From contig CAKUFG010000031.1 in the NCBI GenBank assembly GCA_934647235.1, forward strand, positions 1 through 26,495: DNA of 26,495 nt, in the 5' to 3' direction. The position numbers and the translations under genes are program-made. Below are positions 7,026-13,894 of this stretch, in pieces (the stretch's first letter is position 1; every line of letters begins with the position of its first letter). The notes under the pieces were generated by a model. That model searched no databases, was not told the origin of the DNA, and was given only the letters and a program-made list of their open reading frames with translations. The stretch comes from an uncultured Clostridia bacterium (lineage in GTDB: Bacteria; Bacillota; Clostridia; Christensenellales; Aristaeellaceae).

Positions 7026-8597
7026 ATGAATAAAAAGCCCGTTGTGCTTGTGGTCATGGACGGCGTGGGCAAGACCGATAAGGATCTTGGCAATATGGTG
7101 ATGCACGCCTACACCCCCACCCTGGACGAAATGATGAGCACCTGCCCCAACAATACCATCCAGGCGCACGGCACGGCCGTGGGTCTGCCCTCCGATGAGG
7201 ATATGGGCAACAGCGAGGTGGGCCACAACGCCCTGGGCTGCGGCCAGATCTACGCGCAGGGCGCAAAGCTGGTAAACGAATCCATCGAAAGCGGCAAGCT
7301 CTTTGAATCCGACACCTGGAAGGCCCTGACCAGCCGGTGCGTAGCCAATAAATCCACCCTGCACTTCATCGGCCTGCTGTCGGACGGCAACGTGCACAGC
7401 AACATCTCCCACCTCAAGGCGCTGATTGCCAACGCCAAGAAGCAGGGTGTGGCCAATGTGCGCGTGCACGCGCTGCTGGATGGCCGCGATGTGCCCGCCA
7501 CCTCCGCCCTGCAGTATGTGGATGATATCGAAGCCTTCATGGCCTCGCTCAACGACGATACCTTCCATGCCTGCATCGCCAGCGGCGGCGGCCGCATGAA
7601 GGTGACCATGGATCGCTATCAGGCCAACTGGCCCATGGTCAAGCTGGGCTGGGAAACCCATGTGCACGGCGTGGGCCGTCAGTTTGCCTCCGCCCGCGAC
7701 GCGGTGGAAACCTACCGCAACGAGGAAAACGTGATCGACCAGGATCTGCCCGCCTTCGTCATTGCCAAGGATGGCAAGCCCGTGGGCACCATCGAGGATG
7801 GCGACAGCGTGGTGCTGTTCAACTTCCGCGGCGACCGCGCGCTGGAAATCTCCATGGCCTTTGACGACGCCAGCTTTACCGCCTTCGACCGCGGCCGCGT
7901 GCCCGATGTGATGTTCGCCGGCATGCTGCAATACGATGGCGATCTGCACATCCCCACGAACTTCCTGGTAGCGCCTCCGGCCATCCACAATACCCTCAGC
8001 GAGCTGCTGGTGGGCGCGGGCATCGCGCAGTACGCCGTATCCGAAACCCAGAAATACGGCCATGTGACCTACTTCTGGAACGGCAACCGCAGCGAAAAGT
8101 TTGACGAGAACCTGGAAACCTTTGAAGAGGTGCCCTCCGACGTGCGCTCCTTTGACGAGGCGCCCTGGATGAAGGCTGCCGAAGTGACCGACAAGGTGAT
8201 CGCCGCCATCGAAAGCGGCAAGTACGGCTTCATCCGCTGCAACTATCCCAACGGCGACATGGTGGGCCACACCGGCAATATGGACGCCACCCGCCTGGCC
8301 GTTGAAAGCGTGGATCTGGAGCTGCGCCGCGTGTGGAACGCCTGCAAGGCGCACGGCTGCGTGCTGCTGGTAACTGCCGATCATGGCAACGCCGATGAAA
8401 TGCTGCAAAAGAATAAGAAGGGCGAATTGCAGCCCCGCACCGCGCATTCGCTCAATCCCGTACCCTTCATCATCTGCGACGACGAGCCCCATGCCCTCAA
8501 GGACGGCAAGTTCGGCCTGGCCAACGTCGCCCCCACCGTCGCCCAGCTGCTGGGCCTGACGCCCCCCGCCTGCTGGATGGAAGGCATGCTCAAGTAA
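7026..8597 (+). CDS. gpmI: 2,3-bisphosphoglycerate-independent phosphoglycerate mutase
   Basis: The N-terminus reads KPVVLVVMDGVGK, and GNSEVGHNALGCGQ and the metal-binding C-terminal motifs (GDMVGHTG, TADHGNAD) are present. The length is ~523 aa from ATG 7026. Confidence 0.95.
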   Translation: MNKKPVVLVVMDGVGKTDKDLGNMVMHAYTPTLDEMMSTCPNNTIQAHGTAVGLPSDEDMGNSEVGHNALGCGQIYAQGAKLVNESIESGKLFESDTWKALTSRCVANKSTLHFIGLLSDGNVHSNISHLKALIANAKKQGVANVRVHALLDGRDVPATSALQYVDDIEAFMASLNDDTFHACIASGGGRMKVTMDRYQANWPMVKLGWETHVHGVGRQFASARDAVETYRNEENVIDQDLPAFVIAKDGKPVGTIEDGDSVVLFNFRGDRALEISMAFDDASFTAFDRGRVPDVMFAGMLQYDGDLHIPTNFLVAPPAIHNTLSELLVGAGIAQYAVSETQKYGHVTYFWNGNRSEKFDENLETFEEVPSDVRSFDEAPWMKAAEVTDKVIAAIESGKYGFIRCNYPNGDMVGHTGNMDATRLAVESVDLELRRVWNACKAHGCVLLVTADHGNADEMLQKNKKGELQPRTAHSLNPVPFIICDDEPHALKDGKFGLANVAPTVAQLLGLTPPACWMEGMLK

Positions 8598-9033
8598 GGG
8601 AAGGACGAAGGAGACGAGGGGGAGACGGTACTTTCTTGAGTCATAGCGCCGCCGCAGGCGGCTGAGGGCGCGCAATTTTGCAAATTGCCGCCCGAAACCC
8701 GCGCTTGCCGTAAGGCAGCAGCGCGGGGCGTACAAGGAAAGTAACAAAGAACCTGTTTGCGACATAAAAGTCAGTTGACTAAAACTGGAAGGCAGCACTG
8801 CCGCTTGAGGCCCCCGTGGCAGGGAAATTTTTGAATCGCTCGGTTCGGAGTAAACTCCAGCCGAGCGATTCTTCATTTTTCCCATTTGGTCGTGCTGCGC
8901 ACACCCCGCGCCGATTGCATCGGCGTGCCACGGGGCGATGGTTACACATATTTGCCGTGAGTGTCTATTTGCGATTGTTAGATAGAGCGGCCAAGCTTCT
9001 TGAAAATTGCACAACCATAAAAGCCTTCTCCCA
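8598..9033 (-). repeat. Composite element B (copy 2, inverted), expanded by internal insertions
   Basis: The reverse complement is colinear with 140-460 and 12891-13230. It starts one nt after the gpmI stop. Its terminal palindrome arms are split (8627-8640 and 8733-8745) by a 92-nt hairpin-rich insert. Confidence 0.8.
8833..8880 (+). terminator. Strong hairpin plus T-run inside repeat B copy 2; a likely terminator for gpmI
   Basis: An 11-bp stem GAATCGCTCGG/CCGAGCGATTC encloses GGAG-TAAA-CTCC and is followed by TTCATTTTT. The opposite strand also carries a T-run after the stem, so it may act in both directions. Confidence 0.6.
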
Positions 9034-9290
9034 GATGTGGGAAGGTGTCGAGCGAACTGCAAGACGGATGAAGGGGAACACAACGAATTGCATATGCCGG
9101 AAAATGCAGCCAACCAAACACCTTCTCCTTGAGGAGAATGTGGACGCAGTGAAGCGGATGAGGTGTAGCTGCCGCAGCGGCGTTACCTTATATAGTTACG
9201 AAAACGGCCATTTCATGGCCTACACCTCATCCGAACGGCTAAAGCCGCCCACCTTCCCCTCCGAGGGGAAGGCGTTTGGTGGTATTGCCA
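9021..9290 (+). repeat. Array of short hairpin modules (CCTTCYCC-loop-GGRGAAGG followed by ..CGGATGAGG.. motifs)
   Basis: Segment 9043-9140 aligns with 67-165. The long-range stem GATGAGGTGTAG (9157-9168)/CTACACCTCATC (9220-9231) mirrors 12802-12813/12861-12872. A hairpin CCTTCCCCTC-CGA-GGGGAAGG lies at about 9252-9272. Confidence 0.8.
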
Positions 9291-9341
9291 ATACAGTAAT
9301 ATGGTCTCGCCGCTTACCAATCGCGCGCCTCTATCCGTTTT

Positions 9342-9557
9342 TTAATCCATTGCATCCGCCAGCGCATAGTCCTCGGCATAGAATACCGCGCAGACAATCA
9401 GGCACAGCTCGGGGCACAGGGCGATAGCATCCTCGCCTGCGCAGGCGAATAGAACGATGGACGCTTCAAAGGCATTCTCCGACTGCACGGGCACGCAGCC
9501 CGGCAGCAGCGCCGCCAGCAGTCCAATCAGCAGTCCGCGCTGCAGGGCTTTCGTCAC
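9342..9557 (-). CDS. Hypothetical small Cys-rich protein with a lipobox-like signal (LLPGC), 71 aa, GTG start
   Basis: The GTG overlaps the upstream reductase stop (GTGA). High GC3 matches neighbouring genes. The N-terminus KALQRGLLIGLLAALLPGC resembles a lipoprotein signal. There is no independent RBS, so translation would need coupling. Confidence 0.35.
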   Translation of the reverse strand: MTKALQRGLLIGLLAALLPGCVPVQSENAFEASIVLFACAGEDAIALCPELCLIVCAVFYAEDYALADAMD

Positions 9558-10648
9558 TTTCCAAAGCACTGCGCAATCTCGCGCATGCGCGCCATCTGAT
9601 CCACATGGAAGGGGCAGCGGCCGTTGCAATGGCCGCACTGCACGCAGGCCGAGGCCGTCTTGTCCAGCGTCAGATAGTGCTCCCGCGCCAGGCCGTCGCC
9701 CAGGCGGGCCAGATCATAATACTTGTTGATCAGCCCGATCTCCAGCCCCACGGGGCAGGGCTGGCAATGCTGGCAATAGACGCACTTGGCCAGCGCCTCC
9801 TGCGGCGCATAGGCGCTGATGGCGCTGTAATCGCGCTCCGCCGGGGTGGTATCAAAGAAGGTCAGCACCTCCTCCATTTCGGCCTGGCTGCCATAGCCGG
9901 GCAGCACCGTGACCACGCCGGGCTTATCCAGCGCATACTGGATGCACTGCGGCTTGGTCAGCGCCGCCTTGAAGGGCGACTGCGCCGCATCCAGCAGCTG
10001 CCCGCCGCAGAAGGGCTTCATCACCGAGATGCCCACGCCCTCCTTTTCGCAGCGGCGATACAGCGCCTGCCGGTCGTCCGCGCCGCCGATGCCGAAATCG
10101 CCCTGGCCGTAATCATACACCGGGTTGATGGAGAACATCACGATATCGATGATCCCCATATCCAGCACACGGTTGACCAGCGCGGGCGTGTGCGAGGACA
10201 GGCCGATATGGCGGATCACACCCCGGCGCTTAAGCTCCAGCACATCGTCCAGCACCCCGTTTTTCTGGTAAGCGTCCAGATCCTTGTCCTCATCCAGGCA
10301 ATGGATAAAGCCAAAGTCAATATAATCCGTTTGCAGATTGTCCAGCTGCCACCTGACGGCGGCCTGGATCTTTTTCAGATCCGTCGTCCAGCCGTACTCG
10401 CCGCTGGTGTAATCCGCGCCGAAATGAACCTGCAGATAGACCTTCTCGCGCAGTCCCTGCAGCGCCTTGCCATAGGCGGGAAAAATCGCCGCGTGGCCTC
10501 CCGCCAGATCAAAGAAGTTCACCCCGCGCGCAATGGCTGCCCGCACGGTGGCGATGATTTCACCCTCGGGCCTTGCGCCGATGACCGACGCGCCCATGCC
10601 GATAACGCTGATTTTTTCGCCGCCGTGCGGCAATACGCGGTATTCCAT
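9554..10648 (-). CDS. Aldo/keto reductase with a C-terminal 4Fe-4S ferredoxin-type domain
   Basis: ATG 10648 is preceded by GGAGG. An AKR fold pattern (GVNFFDLAGGHA, HIGLSSH) is present, plus two Cys clusters CVYCQHCQPCP and CVQCGHCNGRCP. Confidence 0.9.
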   Translation of the reverse strand: MEYRVLPHGGEKISVIGMGASVIGARPEGEIIATVRAAIARGVNFFDLAGGHAAIFPAYGKALQGLREKVYLQVHFGADYTSGEYGWTTDLKKIQAAVRWQLDNLQTDYIDFGFIHCLDEDKDLDAYQKNGVLDDVLELKRRGVIRHIGLSSHTPALVNRVLDMGIIDIVMFSINPVYDYGQGDFGIGGADDRQALYRRCEKEGVGISVMKPFCGGQLLDAAQSPFKAALTKPQCIQYALDKPGVVTVLPGYGSQAEMEEVLTFFDTTPAERDYSAISAYAPQEALAKCVYCQHCQPCPVGLEIGLINKYYDLARLGDGLAREHYLTLDKTASACVQCGHCNGRCPFHVDQMARMREIAQCFGK

Positions 10649-10699
10649 ATGCTGCCTCCATAAACCGTAAACGATAAAAGATGATTGCCTTGTTTCTAT

Positions 10700-10728
10700 A
10701 TCATACCCGATTGCTTGTATCTTGTCAA
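10700..10728 (-). promoter_or_regulatory. Sigma-70-type promoter of the reductase gene
   Basis: On the minus strand: TTGACA (10723-10728), 17-nt spacer, TATGAT (10700-10705). Confidence 0.7.
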
Positions 10729-10807
10729 AGGAAGATCGCCCGGCGCGGCAATCGCGCGCCAAAACGCATATCCGGCGCGCCGGGAACGACAATTGATTCG
10801 CTTGCCC

Positions 10808-10836
10808 TTGCCCGCCGCGCGCGCTTTTGATATGAT
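10808..10836 (+). promoter_or_regulatory. Sigma-70-type promoter of the flotillin gene
   Basis: TTGCCC (10808-10813), 17-nt spacer ending in TGA (extended -10), TATGAT (10831-10836). Confidence 0.6.
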
Positions 10837-10891
10837 AAGCGCGTAAAGAACAATCCCTCCCCCGCCAACCAATGAAAAGGAGCAAGACAAC

Positions 10892-12292
10892 ATGGAAACC
10901 GGCATCATCCTCCTCCTGGCCGCCCTGGCGCTGGGCGTCATCCTGTTCGCCGCGGGCTATCTCAAGGCCCCGCCGGACACCGCCTTTATTATCTCCGGCC
11001 TTGGCAAAAAGCGCATCCTGATCGGTAAAGCCGGCTGGAGAATCCCCTTCCTGGAGCGCGTGGATAAGCTGTCGCTGCAGGTAATGACCGTGGACGTAAA
11101 GACCAGCGAGGCCGTGCCTACCAACGAGTTCATCAACGTGATGGTGGACGGCGTGGCCAACGTGAAAATCTCCTCCGACCCTTCGCTGCTTACCCGCGCG
11201 GCTGAATCGCTGCTGGGCATGAAGCAGCCCCAGCTCATCGCCATGGTAACGCAGGTGCTGGAAGGCAACATGCGTGAAATCGTAGGCAGCGTGGGCCTGA
11301 AGGAAATGGTGCAGGACCGCCAGGGCGTGGCCAAGAAGATCACCGAAAACGTGGTGCCCGATATGCAGAAGCTGGGCATCGAGGTGGTAAACTTCAATAT
11401 TCAGAACTTCCGCGACAACGCCGGCACCATCGAAAACATGGGTATCGACAACGTGGAGCAGATCCGCAAGAACGCGCAGATTGCCAAGGCCAACGCCCAG
11501 CGCGACATTGCCATCGCCTCCTCCGTGGCCCAGCAGGAAGCCAACGCCGTCAAGGTGGACAGCGAAAAGAAAATCGCCGCCCAGAACGCCGAGCTGACCG
11601 TGCAGCAGGCCGAAATGCAGGTGCGCGCCGATACCAAGCGCGCCGAGGCCGACGCGGCCTATTCCATCCAGCAGGAAAGCCAGCGCAAGACCATTGAAAT
11701 CACCCGCGCGGACGCGGATATCGCCCGCCGTGAAAAGGAAGCCGAGCTGGCCGAAAAGGAAATCGCCATTCAGGAGCGCAAGCTGGACGCCGAGGTGCGC
11801 AAGGCTGCCGACGCGAAAAAATATCAGGCCGAGCGTGAAGCCGAGGCCGAGCTGGCCCGCCGTCAGCGCGAGGCTGACGCGCAGAAATACGAGGCCGAGC
11901 AGCAGGCGCAGGCGCGCCGTGCCGAAGCCGAGGCGCAGCGCTACGCCATGGAGCAGGAAGCCGAGGGTATCCGCGCGCGCGGCCTGGCCGAAGCCGAAGC
12001 CATCGAGCGCAAGGCCGAGGCCCAGCGCAAGATGGGCGAAGCCTCCATCCTGGAAATGTACCTGGCCGCCCTGCCCGAGGTGGTCAAAAACGCCGCTCTG
12101 CCCCTGGCCCAGACGGACAAGATTGTCATGTATGGCGACGGCAACCCCACCCGCATGGTGCGCGACGTGATGAACAGCTCCGGCCAGATCATCGAGGGCC
12201 TCAAGGAAGCCACGGGCATTGACCTGACGGCGCTGCTGTCCGCCTATGCGGCGGGCAAGCAGGGCGCGCAGGCGCAGCAGGCCGAGGAGTAA
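10892..12292 (+). CDS. Flotillin-family SPFH/Band-7 membrane scaffold protein (FloT/YuaG-like)
   Basis: An N-terminal TM helix is followed by an SPFH domain (AFIISGLGKKRILIGKAGWRIPFLERV) and a long Ala/Glu/Gln/Arg coiled-coil flotillin region. Confidence 0.9.
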   Translation: METGIILLLAALALGVILFAAGYLKAPPDTAFIISGLGKKRILIGKAGWRIPFLERVDKLSLQVMTVDVKTSEAVPTNEFINVMVDGVANVKISSDPSLLTRAAESLLGMKQPQLIAMVTQVLEGNMREIVGSVGLKEMVQDRQGVAKKITENVVPDMQKLGIEVVNFNIQNFRDNAGTIENMGIDNVEQIRKNAQIAKANAQRDIAIASSVAQQEANAVKVDSEKKIAAQNAELTVQQAEMQVRADTKRAEADAAYSIQQESQRKTIEITRADADIARREKEAELAEKEIAIQERKLDAEVRKAADAKKYQAEREAEAELARRQREADAQKYEAEQQAQARRAEAEAQRYAMEQEAEGIRARGLAEAEAIERKAEAQRKMGEASILEMYLAALPEVVKNAALPLAQTDKIVMYGDGNPTRMVRDVMNSSGQIIEGLKEATGIDLTALLSAYAAGKQGAQAQQAEE

Positions 12293-12323
12293 GCGAGGGG
12301 CGCACGCACCAGGATATACAGGC

Positions 12324-12432
12324 TGCTGCGTTCCCCCTCATCCGTCTCGCTGTATGCTCGACACCTTGTCCGCAATTCGGCATAGTCGTATTTGAGCAAA
12401 GCATTGCTCAAATACTCGTTGCCTCATTGAGC
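12324..12432 (-). repeat. Repeat module A (copy 2), inverted partner of 1-108
   Basis: See feature 1-108. The palindrome GTATTTGAGCAA-AGCA-TTGCTCAAATAC is retained with a different loop. Confidence 0.85.
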
Positions 12433-12469
12433 CTGCGCCCGCCCTATTCTGCCACAGGCAGGAGCGGTA

Positions 12470-12880
12470 CTCCGGCTCCCTCGGGAGAAGGCTTTCATAG
12501 CCGTGAACTTGTCAGCAAGCGTTCCGCAATAGCCATATCAGCAAGCTTGCAAATAAGGCTTCCCCTAGGGGGGAAGCTGGCGAATGAAATGAGCCTGATG
12601 AGGGGGCCAGTTACGCGGGAATTCAAGTAGAATTAATACGCTGCGTTCCCCCTCATCCGTCTCGCTGCGGCTCGACACCTTCTCCCGCTTGGGAGAAGGC
12701 TTTCATAGCCATGCTTTTGCTGAACTAAGCTTCGAAAAAGCGCTGCCGCATTGGCACAGCCTTCCCCTCGGAGGGGAAGGTGGCGAATGCAATGAGCCGG
12801 ATGAGGTGTAGGCGCCGCAGCGGCGTTATTTTTTAGGGCTATGATAACGGCTGCTTCGCAGCCTACACCTCACCACCGCC
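12470..12880 (+). repeat. Two direct ~140-nt units (~205-nt period) plus long-range GATGAGG/CCTCATC stems
   Basis: Segment 12470-12610 aligns with 12675-12815: hairpin ..GGGAGAAGG, then CTTTCATAGCC, a variable stretch, hairpin GCCTTCCCCT.GG.GGGGAAG, then TGGCGAATG.AATGAGCC.GATGAGG. Stems pair 12597-12606 with 12648-12657 and 12802-12813 with 12861-12872. Confidence 0.8.
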
Positions 12881-12890
12881 TACGGCGGAG

Positions 12891-13230
12891 CCTCTCCTCA
12901 AGGAGAAGCCTTTTGGTAAACGCGCTCTCCAACTATTGCTAACTGCTGCGCAGTGGTTCCGCAACCACTCAACGCCCCCGTGGCACGCTGATCGCAGATC
13001 AGCGCGGGCTGGCGAAGCCAGGCCAAGGGGGAAAGCAGGAAGCGAACGGAGGAAAGCTTGCTTTCATCCGGGCGGTTCAGGCTTTCACCTGCCACGGGGG
13101 CGGGCGGCAGGCGGGCGGCAGTGCCGCCTTCCAGTTTTATCAGCTTGACTTTTACGTCGCACGCAGCTTTCTTTGGTACTTTCTTGGGCTCCAAGAAAGT
13201 ACCGTATCCCCTCGTATTCCCTCGTCTGCC
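12891..13230 (+). repeat. Composite element B (copy 3)
   Basis: Colinear with 140-460. Hairpins lie at 12986-13004 and 13052-13065, with a 13-bp terminal palindrome GGTACTTTCTTGG/CCAAGAAAGTACC at 13175-13203. Confidence 0.8.
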
Positions 13231-13336
13231 AAAATTTATCAAAATCTGTAAATCGCTGCAACAAATGCCGCGCCTGTCTCGTCTATATAAGTAGACGGCG
13301 CAGCGGCGCATCTTGCACACAGAGAGGTGACAGGCA

Positions 13337-13726
13337 ATGAAAAGCGTAAAGCCCGGTCGCGGGCCCTCCTTCATGAACGGTATCGGCTATGCAGCGGCGG
13401 CCGTGTTCGGCATATTCTGGATGATCCTGGCCGGCGGCATGGGCGCGCCGGGGCTGTTTGTGGCCTTTGGCGCAATCTTCGTGCTGATGGCCGTCGCCGG
13501 GGCGATCTACCAGTTTTCCAACGCCACGCGCAAAAACCGCTTTTCCGCCTTTGATATCACCGATCAGCAGGAGGAGCCGGACGAGCTGAACCAGTACTTT
13601 GGCAAGGACGGCGCGGGCTACATGCCCGAAAAGCACACACCCGCCGCGCGCTACTGCCCCTACTGCGGCGAGGAGCTGCACGAGGACTATCGCTTCTGCC
13701 CCAAGTGCGGGAGCGAGCTGAAGTAA
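13337..13726 (+). CDS. Membrane protein with a C-terminal zinc-ribbon (CPYCG...CPKCG)
   Basis: GAGGTGA RBS, two hydrophobic helices, an acidic linker and a CxxC-x11-CxxC zinc ribbon at the C-terminus. Confidence 0.7.
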   Translation: MKSVKPGRGPSFMNGIGYAAAAVFGIFWMILAGGMGAPGLFVAFGAIFVLMAVAGAIYQFSNATRKNRFSAFDITDQQEEPDELNQYFGKDGAGYMPEKHTPAARYCPYCGEELHEDYRFCPKCGSELK

Positions 13727-13756
13727 CACGCCGACCAACCAATCCCATACCATTGC

Positions 13757-13786
13757 GCGCCCCTTCCGCGAAGGGGCGCTTTTTTG
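13757..13786 (+). terminator. Rho-independent terminator
   Basis: Stem GCGCCCCTT-CCGCG-AAGGGGCGC followed by TTTTTT. Confidence 0.85.
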
Positions 13787-13894
13787 CGTCTGCGGCGCGC
13801 AGGGCTTGCCGGTATACTTTTTTTTCGTTTTGTGTTAGAATAAAGCTATCAGATCCGATATGTTCGCCCGTTTTGCTGAAAGGAGCGTTCTTTG

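Noticed and set aside
1-12432. Interpretation of the 108-bp inverted pair as the ends of a composite transposon or of the prophage.
   Set aside because: No transposase or integrase lies inside, and housekeeping genes (gpmI, flotillin) sit within the block. The repeats belong to a wider modular repeat family, so only the recombination/inversion potential is retained as a finding.
12585-12625. CTGATGAG, the hammerhead-ribozyme core motif, within repeat tails.
   Set aside because: No GAAA box and no three-stem junction with a cleavage triplet could be drawn. The GATGAGG segment instead pairs with a downstream CCTCATC in a simple long hairpin.
12293-13235. Possibility that the repeat arrays are CRISPR arrays.
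   Set aside because: There is no constant-length direct repeat with regular unique spacers. The modules differ in sequence and orientation and are individually palindromic, and no cas genes are present in the window.
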